DNA from: Alphaproteobacteria bacterium
GTDB lineage: Bacteria; Pseudomonadota; Alphaproteobacteria; SHVV01
Assembly: GCA_965261735.1 (NCBI GenBank)
Contig: OZ253470.1
Location: forward strand, 1,728,001 to 1,792,000
Direction: 5' to 3'
Length of the DNA: 64,000 nucleotides
Below, one piece after another: positions 44,835-57,105 of the stretch (its first letter is position 1; every line of letters begins with the position of its first letter). A model generated the notes under the pieces. It was not told the origin of the DNA. It made no database searches and worked only from the letters and a program-made list of their open reading frames with translations. A program made the position numbers and the translations under genes.

Positions 44835-45371
44835 ATAGCAAGAAGACCCTTCGCAGCGCCTCCCCCCACCAAGGGCCCCAAGGTCAACACCGAAATTGCG
44901 GTGCCGAGCGTGCGCCTCATTGACCATCGCGGCAACATGGTGGGCGTCGTCGAGACGGAAGAGGCCCTGCGGCGCGCCGAGGAGACCGGGCTTGACCTGG
45001 TCGAGGTGTCGCCCACCGCCGAGCCGCCGGTATGCAAGCTGCTTGATTACGGGAAATTCAAGTACGAGGCCCAGAAGAAGGCCGCGGTCGCCCGCAAGAA
45101 GCAGAAGAATATCGAGGTCAAGGAAATCAAGATGCGGCCGGGCATCAACGGCCATGATTACGATACCAAGATGCGCTTGATGCTCAGGTTCCTGGACGAG
45201 GGCGACAAGGTCAAGGTGACCATCCGCTTCCGCGGCCGCGAAATGCTCCACCCCGACCTTGGCATGAAGGTCCTGGAGCGCATCCGCGAGGACCTCGACG
45301 AGCAGGCCAAGATCGAGCAATTCCCCAGGATGGAAGGCCGGCTCATGACGATGGTGATGTCGCCGCGTTGA
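44835..45371 (+). CDS. infC: Translation initiation factor IF-3, non-canonical ATA start
   Basis: AAGGAAG SD then ATA GCA AGA AGA CCC; [27 protein letters not shown]. Confidence 0.95.
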   Translation: MARRPFAAPPPTKGPKVNTEIAVPSVRLIDHRGNMVGVVETEEALRRAEETGLDLVEVSPTAEPPVCKLLDYGKFKYEAQKKAAVARKKQKNIEVKEIKMRPGINGHDYDTKMRLMLRFLDEGDKVKVTIRFRGREMLHPDLGMKVLERIREDLDEQAKIEQFPRMEGRLMTMVMSPR

Positions 45372-45431
45372 GGCGCGCCACGGCCCTGGGGGCCGGGGCC
45401 CGCGCGGGCTCGACCCCGACGAAGCCTAGCC

Positions 45432-45605
45432 CTAAGCGCTGATATCGACGGCGCGGCTTCCGTTGGCAGGCGCCGCGCCGGCGCCGACTTGCTCGGCCAC
45501 CGCGCGGGCCTCCTTCAACGCCTCCAGCGCGACCGCGCCGTCGGCATTGCGGATTGCCTGCTTGATGACGCTCGTCACAAGCTGCACCGAGACATCGTAG
45601 GTCAT
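45432..45605 (-). CDS. Small YjfB-like protein
   Basis: 57 aa, TSVIKQA and C-terminal G..VDISA signature; AAGGA RBS. Confidence 0.45.
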   Translation of the reverse strand: MTYDVSVQLVTSVIKQAIRNADGAVALEALKEARAVAEQVGAGAAPANGSRAVDISA

Positions 45606-45691
45606 CGCCGTCGTCCTTGCCGTTGAGGCATTTGTTGTAGCGCGCAACGGGTAAAGAAACGGCGAACGGGCTGCCGGGCGCGAGGGCCCGG

Positions 45692-46300
45692 CTACGCGGC
45701 GGCGCGCGGGGCGCTCCTAATCTCGCCTAAGGCCTGGCGCGCGATCTCGAGGGCGCTGAACAGTGCGAGGCCGGCGAGCAGCAGGCCGACCGCGAGGTCG
45801 GGCCACAGCGTTCCGCTCGCCAGAACGCCGCTCGCCGCGACCACCACCGCGATATTGCCGAACGCGTCGTTGCGCGTGCACAGCCACACCGAGCGCATGT
45901 TGGCGTCGCCCTGGCGGTAGCGAAACAACAGCAGCGCGCAGGTGACGTTGGCGACGAGCGCGAGGGTGCCGACGCCGCCCATGACGAGGGCGCTGGGCAC
46001 GCCACCGGTGAGCGCGTGGTAGAGCGCGCTGCCCAGCACCCATAATCCGAACACGACCATGGCCGCGGCCTTGGCGAGCGCGGCGCCGGCGCGCCAGCGA
46101 ATCGTCCGGCCGAGCACGAACAGCGCCAGGGCGTAGTTCACCGCGTCGCCCATGAAGTCGAGCGAGTCGGCCTGCAGCGAGACCGATCCGGCGCCCAGGC
46201 CGGCGCTGCCCTCGATGACGAACATCGCCGCGTTGATCGCCAGTACCGCCCACAGGATGCGGCGATAGCCGCCGGCGGCGACCGCGGGGTGGGCCTCCAT
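45692..46300 (-). CDS. Cation transporter (short CDF family)
   Basis: LW.VL.INA.MF..E, SL.ADSLDF.GDA.NY, N.RSVWLC.RND. Confidence 0.88.
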   Translation of the reverse strand: MEAHPAVAAGGYRRILWAVLAINAAMFVIEGSAGLGAGSVSLQADSLDFMGDAVNYALALFVLGRTIRWRAGAALAKAAAMVVFGLWVLGSALYHALTGGVPSALVMGGVGTLALVANVTCALLLFRYRQGDANMRSVWLCTRNDAFGNIAVVVAASGVLASGTLWPDLAVGLLLAGLALFSALEIARQALGEIRSAPRAAA

Positions 46301-46663
46301 CTAGGCCTCGTCCACCTCGGGCTCGCGCTCGATGGCGTGGGCGACCATGTCGGCGACGACGCGGCTGATATGGGCATCGGCGGCGGAATAGAAGACCTGC
46401 TTGCCACGGCGCTCGGCGCGCAGGATGCGCGCCGAGCGCAGCAGCCGCAGATGGTGGCTCACGAGCGAGGGCGAGAGCCTGAGCCGGCTGGCGATCTCGC
46501 CGACGGCCACCGGCGCGGCGAGGCAGGTGAGGATGATCCGCAGCCGGCTCGCATCGCCCATCATGCGAAACATCTCGGCGAGCATGGCGGTGTCGTCCTC
46601 GGCCAGGCCGAAGCGGCCGAGCCCCGAGGCGAGATCGTCATCGTGCGGTGATGGACCAAGCAT
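46301..46663 (-). CDS. ArsR/SmtB metal-responsive repressor
   Basis: F..MGD.SRLRI, VGEIA..L.LS.SLVSHHLRLLR, R.GKQVFY, alpha5-type D.H...H..E. Confidence 0.9.
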   Translation of the reverse strand: MLGPSPHDDDLASGLGRFGLAEDDTAMLAEMFRMMGDASRLRIILTCLAAPVAVGEIASRLRLSPSLVSHHLRLLRSARILRAERRGKQVFYSAADAHISRVVADMVAHAIEREPEVDEA

Positions 46664-46676
46664 GTAACACCCATAC

Positions 46677-46696
46677 ATCTGAGTAGGTGTTCATAT
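46677..46696. promoter_or_regulatory. Putative SmtB/CzrA-type operator
   Basis: Imperfect palindrome ATCTGAGTAGGTGTTCATAT just upstream of the ArsR start. Confidence 0.6.
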
Positions 46697-46981
46697 TAAC
46701 ACTTTAAAACGAACACTCTGTTAAGACACACACTTCCCCGCCGGTGACGTACTGTTGCCCGTGACGACCGAGCGGTTCGACTCGCACATAGGCGAGTGCC
46801 GGTCGACCGACAGGGACTGCAGAACAGGGCACCACATCATCGAGCTCGATCTTCCGATCCGCTGAGCACGGTGAGCGTGCCTTGCGATTCCGTGGGGCAC
46901 TCGCTATAACCCACGCCTCGGCGCCCCTTGGGCGACCGGACAAAACCCTTTACCAGCGCCCAGCGGGCCAGTCGCAAGCTC

Positions 46982-47179
46982 ATGCCCAAGCTCAAGACGA
47001 AAAGCGGCGCCAAGAAGCGCTTCTCGCTCACTGCCAGCGGCAAGGTGCGGCGCAACCACGCCCGCAAGCGCCACGGCATGATCAAGCTCACCAACAAGCA
47101 GATCCGCAACAAGCGCGGCACCACGGTGATGGCGGCGAGCGACGCCAAGATCGTACGCCGCTTCATTCCCTACGGCTGA
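46982..47179 (+). CDS. rpmI: 50S ribosomal protein L35
   Basis: [20 protein letters not shown]. Confidence 0.97.
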   Translation: MPKLKTKSGAKKRFSLTASGKVRRNHARKRHGMIKLTNKQIRNKRGTTVMAASDAKIVRRFIPYG

Positions 47180-47188
47180 GGCAGGACG

Positions 47189-47554
47189 ATGGCACGGGTC
47201 AAGCGGGGCGTTACCAGCCATGCCCGTCACAAGAAGGTGCTGGGGCGCGCCAAGGGCTATCGCGGCCGCGCGCATGCCGCCTTCCGCATCGCCATCGAGC
47301 GCGTCGAGAAGGGACTGCAATACGCCTACCGCGACCGGCGCGCGCGCAAGCGCACCTTCCGGGCGTTGTGGATTCAGCGCATCAACGCGGCGGCGCGCGA
47401 CAACGGCCTCACCTACGGCCGATTTATGAACGGCCTCAGCCGCGCCGGCGTCGAGGTCGACCGCAAGATCCTGGCCGACCTCGCGGTGCGCGAACCTGAG
47501 GCCTTCAAGAGCCTGGCCGATCAGGCGCGCGAGGCCCTCGGCAAGGCTGTCTGA
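47189..47554 (+). CDS. rplT: 50S ribosomal protein L20
   Basis: [29 protein letters not shown]. Confidence 0.98.
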   Translation: MARVKRGVTSHARHKKVLGRAKGYRGRAHAAFRIAIERVEKGLQYAYRDRRARKRTFRALWIQRINAAARDNGLTYGRFMNGLSRAGVEVDRKILADLAVREPEAFKSLADQAREALGKAV

Positions 47555-47585
47555 CCCCGGCCCTCGTCCGGTAACGCAATGCTAG

Positions 47586-49232
47586 GAGCGTGCGCCGCAG
47601 AAAGGTCCGCGCGGCAAAGTTGATAGCGGACGGGTTGTGGGTGGATTTGCGCAGGGGGAAGTATGATCCGATACGCCAGTTGCGTGTGGGAACTCCCGAT
47701 GCCGACCACGTTTCGTGCCTACCAGCCGGACCAACCCTTGCTTTTGCCGCCGGACTTGCAGGAGTGGGTTTCCCCAGGGCACCTGGCTCATCACGTCAGC
47801 GATGTGGTCGATGCACTGGACTTGACGGCGTTCTATGCGCCCTACGAGGGGGACGGTCGACGCAACGCCCCCTACGAGCCGTCGATGATGGTCAAGGTGC
47901 TGATCTATGCCTACGCGACGGGCACATTCTCCTCGCGCGCGGTGGCGAGGAAGCTGGAGGAGGATGTAGCGTTTAGGATGCTCGCGGCGGGCAACTTCCC
48001 GCAACATCGCACGGTATGTGAGTTCCGACGCCGACATCTGGCGGAGTTCAGCGAGCTGTTTGTGGGGGTGGTGCAGGTGGCGCGCGAGATGGGACTGGCG
48101 CGGTTCGGCAAGCTCTCGGTCGACGGGACGAAGGTGCGAGCGAACGCGAGCAAGCGCAAGGCGATGAGCTATGAGCGGATGGGCAAAGAGGCGGCTCGCT
48201 TGCAGGCGGAGATCGAGGCGCTGCTGACGACGGCGGGGATGGTGGACGCCGAAGAAGACGAGCGTTGGGGCGAGGATTTCCGGGGCGACGAGTTGCCCGA
48301 GGAGTTGCAACGCAGGGAGAAGCGCCTGGCGGCGATCCAGGCAGCCAAAGCGCGTTTGGAGGCGGCGCAACGCGGGCGCGACGATGAGCGCGGGCGCGAG
48401 CCGGGGCAGGACCGCAATCCCCGGGGCGGGCGGCCTTACAAGCGGGCCTACGGCGAGCCCGAGCCGAAGGCGCAGAGCAATTTCACCGATCCCGAGAGCC
48501 AGATCATGAAGACCAGCAGCGAGGGGTTCCAGCAGTGCTACAACGCGCAGATGGCGGTCGATGGGGAGCACCAGATCATCGTCGCGACTCAGGTGGGGCC
48601 ACAGGCCAGCGACCAGGGTCAGCTGGTGGGGATGCTCGACGAGATCAACGAGACGTTTGGGGTCGAGCCTGCGGTGGTACTGGCCGATGCGGGCTACTGC
48701 AACGAGCCGGATCTGTTGGAGCTGGAAGATCGCGGCATCGACGCGCACGTAGCGCTGGGGCGTGAAGGCAAGTCCCAGGTGGCGGTCGACCCGGCCCGGC
48801 TCCCTGCCACGCACCGCATGGGTGAGAAACTGGCGAGCCCCGCGGGCAAAGCCCGGTACGCGCAACGCAAGTGGCTCTCGGAGGCGCCGAACGGGTGGAT
48901 CAAGGAGGTGCTCGGATTCCGACGATTCAGCCTGCGAGGCTTGGCGAAGGTGCGCGGCGAGTGGGACCTCGTGTGCTTGGCGTTGAACATCAAGCGGATG
49001 GGGACGGTGGCCACGTGCTGAGGCAGGTGCTGGCCTGCCAACGCACTTGATCCGGGGCGCGCAGTGCCCATCGACCGCGTATGAAACGCGAATCTCTTCC
49101 CTTCCGGCCTTCCGGTCTGGGATTTCCATCCCAGAGTCGGGCGGGCCAGATATCCACACTCGGGCCAAAATCCCACCTCTCCGGCGGCCGCGCGCCAATC
49201 GCCCAACATCAAAACTTCTACGGCGCACGCTC
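47586..49232 (+). mobile_element. IS1182-family element between rplT and pheS
   Basis: IRs GAGCGTGCGCCG(C/T)AGAA flanked by CTAG at 47582-47585 and 49233-49236. Confidence 0.9.
47699..49021 (+). CDS. IS1182-family transposase
   Basis: Y.P..M.KVL.YAY..G.FSSR, VDGTK.RANAS, TDPES.IM, YNAQ.AVD, ADAGY, GFRRF.LRG. Confidence 0.93.
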   Translation: MPTTFRAYQPDQPLLLPPDLQEWVSPGHLAHHVSDVVDALDLTAFYAPYEGDGRRNAPYEPSMMVKVLIYAYATGTFSSRAVARKLEEDVAFRMLAAGNFPQHRTVCEFRRRHLAEFSELFVGVVQVAREMGLARFGKLSVDGTKVRANASKRKAMSYERMGKEAARLQAEIEALLTTAGMVDAEEDERWGEDFRGDELPEELQRREKRLAAIQAAKARLEAAQRGRDDERGREPGQDRNPRGGRPYKRAYGEPEPKAQSNFTDPESQIMKTSSEGFQQCYNAQMAVDGEHQIIVATQVGPQASDQGQLVGMLDEINETFGVEPAVVLADAGYCNEPDLLELEDRGIDAHVALGREGKSQVAVDPARLPATHRMGEKLASPAGKARYAQRKWLSEAPNGWIKEVLGFRRFSLRGLAKVRGEWDLVCLALNIKRMGTVATC

Positions 49233-49276
49233 CTAGGGGGCCGCCGCCGTTGGCCCTCTTTCTCGTGAGCGCAGCG

Positions 49277-50353
49277 ATGCAGCACTTATCTGAACTTGAA
49301 CGCGGCATCGCGGCAGACATTGCCGCGGCGGCCGATCTCGAAGCTTTGGAGCGCGCGCGCGTCGCCGCTCTCGGGCGCAAGGGGACGCTCACCACACTGA
49401 TGCGCGGACTCGGCGCCATGGAGGCCGAGGCCCGAAAAGAGCGCGCACAGGCCCTCAACGACATCAAGGAGCGCGTGAGCGCGAGCCTCGGCGAGCGCCG
49501 CGCCGCGCTCGAGGCGGTCGAGCTCGAGGCCCGCCTCGCCCGCGAGAGCGTGGACGTGACCCTGCCGGTGCGGCCCGAGGCGAGCGGGCGTATCCATCCC
49601 GTGAGCCAGGTCTTCGACGAGATCGCCGCGATCTTCGCCGACATGGGCTTCACCATCGCCGAGGGACCCGACATCGAGGACGATTTCCACAACTTCACCG
49701 CCCTCAACATCCCTCCCGAGCATCCCGCGCGCCAGATGCACGACACGTTCTATTTTCCCGAGAAGGCCGACGGCGGGCGCATGCTGCTGCGTACCCACAC
49801 CTCGCCGGTGCAGATCCGCGTCATGCGGGCCGAGCCGCCGCCGCACCGCATCATCGTGCCGGGGCGCACCTACCGCTGCGATTCCGATCAGACTCACACG
49901 CCGATGTTCCACCAGGTCGAGGGCCTGTTGATCGACCGCTCGAGCCATATGGGCCACCTCAAGGGATGCCTGTTCGAGTTCGCGCGCGCGTTCTTCGAAA
50001 TCGACGACCTGCGCATGCGCTTTCGGCCGAGCTACTTTCCATTCACCGAGCCCTCGGCCGAGCTCGACATCGGCTGCGCCTATCGCGGCGGTGAGCTCAG
50101 GATCGGTGAGGGCGAGGACTGGCTCGAGATTCTCGGCTGCGGCATGGTCCACGCGCGGGTACTCGAGCATGTCGGCCTCGACCCGAGCGAGTATCAGGGC
50201 TTCGCCTTCGGCCTCGGCGTCGATCGCGTCGCCATGCTGAAATACGGCATCCCCGACCTGCGCGCCTTCTTCGAGAGCGACCTCAGGTGGCTGCGCCACT
50301 ACGGCTTTCTCGCCCTCGACGTACCGACGCTGTCCCAGGGGCTGGGGCGATGA
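49277..50353 (+). CDS. pheS: Phenylalanine--tRNA ligase alpha subunit
   Basis: [38 protein letters not shown]. Confidence 0.98.
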   Translation: MQHLSELERGIAADIAAAADLEALERARVAALGRKGTLTTLMRGLGAMEAEARKERAQALNDIKERVSASLGERRAALEAVELEARLARESVDVTLPVRPEASGRIHPVSQVFDEIAAIFADMGFTIAEGPDIEDDFHNFTALNIPPEHPARQMHDTFYFPEKADGGRMLLRTHTSPVQIRVMRAEPPPHRIIVPGRTYRCDSDQTHTPMFHQVEGLLIDRSSHMGHLKGCLFEFARAFFEIDDLRMRFRPSYFPFTEPSAELDIGCAYRGGELRIGEGEDWLEILGCGMVHARVLEHVGLDPSEYQGFAFGLGVDRVAMLKYGIPDLRAFFESDLRWLRHYGFLALDVPTLSQGLGR

Positions 50354-52755
50354 AGTTCACCTTGGCGTGGCTCGCGGAGCACCTGGAGACGCGTGCCGGC
50401 GTGCGCGAGATCGTCGACCGCCTCACCGAGCTCGGCCTCGAGGTCGAGGAGGTCATCGACCGTGCTCGCGACCTCAACCCCTTCACCGTCGCCCGCGTCG
50501 TTGATGCGCATCCCCACCCCGACGCCGACAAGCTGACCCTGTGCACCGTCGATACGGGCGCGCGCTCCGTTCAGGTCGTGTGCGGCGCGCCCAACGCTCG
50601 GACTGGGATGAAGGGCGTGTTCGCCGCGCCCGGCACTACCCTCCCCGGCACCGGCATGGTGCTGAAAAAGGCGCGCATCCGCGGCCAGGACAGCCACGGC
50701 ATGTTGTGCTCCGAGCGCGAGATGGGGCTCGGCGAGGACCATGCCGGCATCATCGAGCTGCCCGAGGATGCGGCCGTGGGCGAGCCCTTCGCCAGGTCCC
50801 TCGGCCTCGACGATCCGGTCATCGACGTCACCGTGACGCCGAACCGGCCCGACTGCCTGGGCGCGCGCGGCATCGCCCGAGACCTCGCCGCGGCCGGCCT
50901 CGGCACCCTCAAGCCGCTCGTCAACGAGGCCGTGGACGGTGGGTTCACGAGCCCCGTCGGCGTGCGCCTCGCGCGGACACCGGGCGCCGAGAACGCGTGT
51001 CCGCTGTTCGTCGGCCGCTATTTGCGCGGGGTCACCAACGGGCCGAGCCCGCGCTGGCTCGCCGACCGGCTGCGGGCGGTCGGCCTGCGGCCGATCTCGG
51101 CCCTCGTCGACATGACGAACTTCATCACCCTCGATCTCGGCCGGCCGCTCCACGTCTTCGACGCCGATACCCTGGCCGGAGGCATTCACGTCCGCCTGTC
51201 GCGCGCGGGCGAGACGCTGGCCGCGCTCAACGACAAGGACTACACGCTCGACGACGAGATGACCGTGATCGCCGACGACGACGGCGTGCTCGGGCTCGGC
51301 GGGGTCATCGGCGGAACCTCCTCGGGCTGCACCGAGGCGACCCGCAACGTGTTCATCGAGGCGGCGCTGTTCGATCCCGTGCGCACGGCGATGACAGGCC
51401 GCAAGCTCAACATCGAGAGCGACGCGCGCTACCGCTTCGAGCGCGGCGTCGACCCTGCTTTCGTTTACGAGGGCATGGAAGCGGGCACACGCCTCGCGCT
51501 GGCCCTGTGCGGCGGTGAGCCGAGCGCTCTGGTGGCGGCCGGCGCCGAGCCCGACTGGCGCCGCGATATCGCGCTCCGGCCCTCGCGCATCCACCATCTC
51601 GGCGGCATCGACCTGCCCGAGGACGACACGGTACGCCTCTTGGGTGCGCTCGGCTTCGGGGTCACGACCGAGGCCGAGGCGTTGCGCGTGGCCGTGCCCT
51701 CGTGGCGCGGCGACATCGAGGGCGAGGCCGACCTCGTCGAAGAGGTGGTGCGCCTGCACGGCTATGGGCATGTCCCCGAGGTGGCGCTCACGCGCCGCGA
51801 CGCGGTGGCCCGGCCGATCGTCTCGGGCACCGCGCGCCGCCGCGGTCACGCGCGCCGCGCGCTCGCCGAGCGCGGTCTCGTCGAGGCGGTGACCTGGTCG
51901 TTTCTGCCCGCGGCCCAAGCCGACCTGTTCGGCGGCGCGAGCGACCACCTCCGCCTCGCCAACCCGATCAGCGCCGACCTCGATGCCATGCGGCCGAGCC
52001 TGCTGCCCAACCTCATCGCTGCGGCCGGGCGCAACATCGACCGCGGGGCCCGCGATGTGGCCCTGTTCGAGGTCGGGCCCGTGTATGCCGACGACACGCC
52101 ACAGGGGCAGTCGACGGCCGCCGCCGCGGTACGCTCGGGCGAGGCCGCGCCGCGACACTGGGCGCGTGGCGCCCGCAACGTCGATGCGTTCGATGCCAAA
52201 GCCGACGCACTCGCGGCGCTCGAGGCCTACGGCGCCCTGGTGTCCAGCCTCGAGGTCGGCCGCGGGGCGCCCGCCTGGTTTCACCCGGGCCGCTCGGGCG
52301 TCCTCAAGCTCGGCCCCAAGACCTCGCTTGCCGCGTTCGGCGAGGTGCACCCCGCCGTGCTACGCGCCATCGACGTCAAGGGTCCGCTGGTCGGCTTCGA
52401 GGCGTTCCTCGATTCGGTGCCCGCGGGCCGCGCGCGCGCCGGGCACACCCGGCCCCGGCTCGACGTCGTCGACCTGCCCGTGGTCGAGCGCGATTTCGCG
52501 TTCGTGCTCGACGAAGGGATCGCGGCGGCCGCGGTCATACGCGCGGTCAAGGGTGCCGACAAAGCGCTCGTCCGCGAGGTCGACGTGTTCGACGTCTACC
52601 GGGGCGACGGCATCGGGGTGGGCAAGAAGTCGATCGCGCTCAGCGTCCGTCTCGAGCCCTCCGAGCGCACCCTCACCGACAGCGACATCGACGCGGTCGC
52701 ACAAAAGATCGTGGTCGCCGTCGCCAAGGCGACGGGCGGAAGTCTGCGCGGCTAG
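50350..52755 (+). CDS. pheT: Phenylalanine--tRNA ligase beta subunit
   Basis: MKFT..WL, HPDADKL, CGAPN, TPNRPDC, RFERGVD, FDVYRG. Confidence 0.98.
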   Translation: MKFTLAWLAEHLETRAGVREIVDRLTELGLEVEEVIDRARDLNPFTVARVVDAHPHPDADKLTLCTVDTGARSVQVVCGAPNARTGMKGVFAAPGTTLPGTGMVLKKARIRGQDSHGMLCSEREMGLGEDHAGIIELPEDAAVGEPFARSLGLDDPVIDVTVTPNRPDCLGARGIARDLAAAGLGTLKPLVNEAVDGGFTSPVGVRLARTPGAENACPLFVGRYLRGVTNGPSPRWLADRLRAVGLRPISALVDMTNFITLDLGRPLHVFDADTLAGGIHVRLSRAGETLAALNDKDYTLDDEMTVIADDDGVLGLGGVIGGTSSGCTEATRNVFIEAALFDPVRTAMTGRKLNIESDARYRFERGVDPAFVYEGMEAGTRLALALCGGEPSALVAAGAEPDWRRDIALRPSRIHHLGGIDLPEDDTVRLLGALGFGVTTEAEALRVAVPSWRGDIEGEADLVEEVVRLHGYGHVPEVALTRRDAVARPIVSGTARRRGHARRALAERGLVEAVTWSFLPAAQADLFGGASDHLRLANPISADLDAMRPSLLPNLIAAAGRNIDRGARDVALFEVGPVYADDTPQGQSTAAAAVRSGEAAPRHWARGARNVDAFDAKADALAALEAYGALVSSLEVGRGAPAWFHPGRSGVLKLGPKTSLAAFGEVHPAVLRAIDVKGPLVGFEAFLDSVPAGRARAGHTRPRLDVVDLPVVERDFAFVLDEGIAAAAVIRAVKGADKALVREVDVFDVYRGDGIGVGKKSIALSVRLEPSERTLTDSDIDAVAQKIVVAVAKATGGSLRG

Positions 52756-52841
52756 CGTGGTTCATACCGGAATTGGCTGTGGCAACGGCAAAGCCAGCAA
52801 AACGCTGTGAGTTCGTCTCACCGCCCCTGTAGCGCAATTGC

Positions 52842-54653
<1,812 letters not shown>

Positions 54654-54660
54654 GGCTGCC

Positions 54661-54972
54661 TCAGTGCCGCCGGCGACGACGGCGCTGACGCCGGCGAAAC
54701 GCGACGACGAGGATGAGCCCGAGGCCGGCGAAGACGGCCCACGCCGGCCACAGCAATACGGTCGCGATCGCCGGGTCCCAGACCGCCGGGTGGACGTAGC
54801 GCTGGATCACCGCTTGGCTGAAATTGAGGCTGCCGACGTCGATCGTGTACCACAGGCTGCCGAGCGCCATCCCCTGATAGGCGCCGGTGTTGATCCACCC
54901 GACGAGATCCCAGCCGACGGCGACGACCGCGGCCGCGATGAACAACAAGCCGAGAATGCGTCCGACGATCAT
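54661..54972 (-). CDS. Small membrane hypothetical protein
   Basis: 103 aa, two TMs, LG.LW...SLN..QA.IQRY..P..WDP, Arg-rich tail. Confidence 0.6.
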   Translation of the reverse strand: MIVGRILGLLFIAAAVVAVGWDLVGWINTGAYQGMALGSLWYTIDVGSLNFSQAVIQRYVHPAVWDPAIATVLLWPAWAVFAGLGLILVVAFRRRQRRRRRRH

Positions 54973-55137
54973 GGTCCCCCGCCCAGGCCGGCCTGGCCCT
55001 AGAGTAACCTGTTGTGGCGGCGAGGCAATGCCCGCTCGAAATTGCAATCACGCGAGGCGTGACTATAGTGCCGGTCTCGGTGCCGGCGCGCGCGAGGGGC
55101 TGGAGGTGGCCGGCGCCGGCGCGGCGGGCGCGAGCAC

Positions 55138-55228
55138 GGAGGGGTGGCCGAGTGGTCTAAGGCGCACGCCTGGAGAGCGTGTACACGCCGCAAGCGTGTC
55201 GTGGGTTCGAATCCCACCCCCTCCGCCA
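55138..55228 (+). tRNA. tRNA-Ser(GGA)
   Basis: GGAGGGG/CCCCTCC acceptor, anticodon arm CACGC-CTGGAGA-GCGTG, long variable arm, GTTCGAATC, G73-CCA. Confidence 0.96.
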
Positions 55229-55260
55229 TTTGATCGTTTGGGTGTTTGTGGGGAGGGATA

Positions 55261-55500
55261 GTGGCCGGCGACGATAAGAAAGAAACGAGCCCTGCTCCAA
55301 GCAAGGAGACTCCCTCAAAGGGCAAGGACGAGGGCGCTCGCAAGGGCAAGGGCGCTTCTGGCGCGGATCCAGCCAACGCCGACGGCGGCGAGGCGGCTGG
55401 CCGCTCACCCTCGGGCTACAGTCGGGGCGAGCGCCAGAAGCCGATTTCCAAGGCTTACAGGGATAACTGGGACGTGATTTTCGCAAGGAAGAAGAAGTGA
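55261..55500 (+). CDS. Small charged hypothetical protein
   Basis: GGAGG RBS, GTG start, low-complexity body ending YSRGERQKPISKAYRDNWDVIF. Confidence 0.55.
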   Translation: MAGDDKKETSPAPSKETPSKGKDEGARKGKGASGADPANADGGEAAGRSPSGYSRGERQKPISKAYRDNWDVIFARKKK

Positions 55501-55525
55501 TGATTGCGCCGTGGGAGACAGAAGC

Positions 55526-56959
55526 GATCGTGTCCCGCGGAGTGGTGTAAGAGCGTTGCGCTCTACGCGGCTCCCGGCGGGTAGGGCCGGGACGTTCAGG
55601 CTGCCACGGTGGGCAGCGTGATGGGGACACCATCGCTCAGCGGAGCGATGGATTCCAGCGTCATGTATCTCCTTGAGACGGCCCACTCGTCGTTCTGCTC
55701 GAGAAGGATGGCGCCGACGAGCCGTGTGATGGCGGCTTCGTTGGGAAAGATACCGACGACGTTGGTGCGACGCTTGACCTCGGCATGGAGCCGTTCGATC
55801 GGGTTTGTGGAGTGCAATTTCTGGCGGTGCTCCCTGGGGAAGCTCATGTAGGCGAGGACGTCGTGCTCGGCTTCGTCCATGAGAACTGCCAGCTTGGGCA
55901 CCTTGGGCCTGAGCTGGTCGGCGACCTGGCGCCACTGGACCTTCGCGCTGTCGGCGTCCTCCTGGGCGAAGGCGGAGACGACGCGCCGGCCCTGGCGGCC
56001 GGCATGGGCCAGCAGGTTGCGGGCGAAGTGCACGCGGCAGCGCTGCCATGTGGCGCCGAGGATCCGGGTCGCGGCGGCCTTCAGGCCCTTGTGGTCGTCG
56101 GAGATCACCAGCTTCACGCCGCGCAGCCCGCGCCGGGCCAGCGAGCGCAGGAACTCGGTCCAGAAGGTCTCGGCCTCCGACGCGCCGATCGCCACGCCCA
56201 GGACCTCGCGGCGGCCTTGGTCGTTGACGGCCACAGCCACGGTCACCGCGACCGAGACGATGCGTCCGGTCTGGCGCACCTTCACGTAGGTGGCGTCGAG
56301 CCACAGATAGGGCCAGTCGCCCTCCAGCGGTCGATCGAGGAAGCCGTTGACCTTATCGTCGATCTCGCCGCACAGCCTGGAGACCTGGCTCTTGGAGGCG
56401 CCCGACATCCCCATCGCCTGAACCAGATCGTCGACCGAGCGGGTCGACACCCCCTGGATGTAGGCCTCCTGGATCACCGCAGCCAGCGCCTTCTCGGCCA
56501 TCCGCCGCGGCTCCAGGAAGCCCGGGAAGTAGCTTCCCTTCCTCAGCTTCGGGATCTTCAGCTCGACCGTGCCGGCCCGCGTCTCCCAGGACCGGTCGCG
56601 GTAGCCGTTGCGATGGGTGATACGATCCGCCGAGCGCTCGCCGTGCCCGGCGCCGGTCAGGCCCTCAACCTCCAGTGCCATCAGCCGCTCGGCCGTGAAG
56701 CCGATCATCTCGCAAAGCAGATCGGCATCGGAGCTCTTCTCCAAAAGCGCGCGCAGGGTCATCATGTCCTGGGTCATCGTGGTTCTCCTTCGGGTCAGGT
56801 TGGTTTGCACTAGCCCAACCCTAAACCGGAACCGCGATGGCCTCCGCTGTGGATAGCCGGCTTGCCTACGCCAGACTCTCGGCGGTCGCTACGGCAAGCC
56901 GCCTACCCACAGCTACCAGAGGCTCCAACAACTCCTACACCACGTCCTGGGACACGACC
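55526..56959 (-). mobile_element. IS256-family element (type 2), copy 2, with 15-bp internal deletion
   Basis: Same IRs as copy 1; 8-bp TSD ACAGAAGC at 55518-55525 and 56960-56967. Confidence 0.95.
55596..56777 (-). CDS. IS256-family transposase (lacks VATAF relative to copy 1)
   Basis: Near-identical translation to 31361-32557. Confidence 0.93.
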   Translation of the reverse strand: MTQDMMTLRALLEKSSDADLLCEMIGFTAERLMALEVEGLTGAGHGERSADRITHRNGYRDRSWETRAGTVELKIPKLRKGSYFPGFLEPRRMAEKALAAVIQEAYIQGVSTRSVDDLVQAMGMSGASKSQVSRLCGEIDDKVNGFLDRPLEGDWPYLWLDATYVKVRQTGRIVSVAVTVAVAVNDQGRREVLGVAIGASEAETFWTEFLRSLARRGLRGVKLVISDDHKGLKAAATRILGATWQRCRVHFARNLLAHAGRQGRRVVSAFAQEDADSAKVQWRQVADQLRPKVPKLAVLMDEAEHDVLAYMSFPREHRQKLHSTNPIERLHAEVKRRTNVVGIFPNEAAITRLVGAILLEQNDEWAVSRRYMTLESIAPLSDGVPITLPTVAA

Positions 56960-57105
56960 ACAGAAGCCCCGGTAGTTTCAAACGGCCATGAATCCGTGAT
57001 CACTTTACCTTTAGCGATCACGCGCCGCCCCCTCGACCCCTGATTCCAGCCACAACCGGCGCCCTCCACGGGATATGCGGGTTCGCCGCGGCGTTTTGTT
57101 CGTCC

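Noticed and set aside
46700-46900. AT-richer spacer with a short minus-strand ORF upstream of rpmI
   Set aside because: No recognisable motif, RBS or structure that I can support.
50299-52350. Long antisense and alternate-frame ORFs over core genes (e.g. 683 aa opposite pheT)
   Set aside because: Expected shadow ORFs in very GC-rich DNA; they carry no family motifs.
55138-57100. Integrative element at tRNA-Ser
   Set aside because: No integrase and no duplicated tRNA 3' end are visible in the window.
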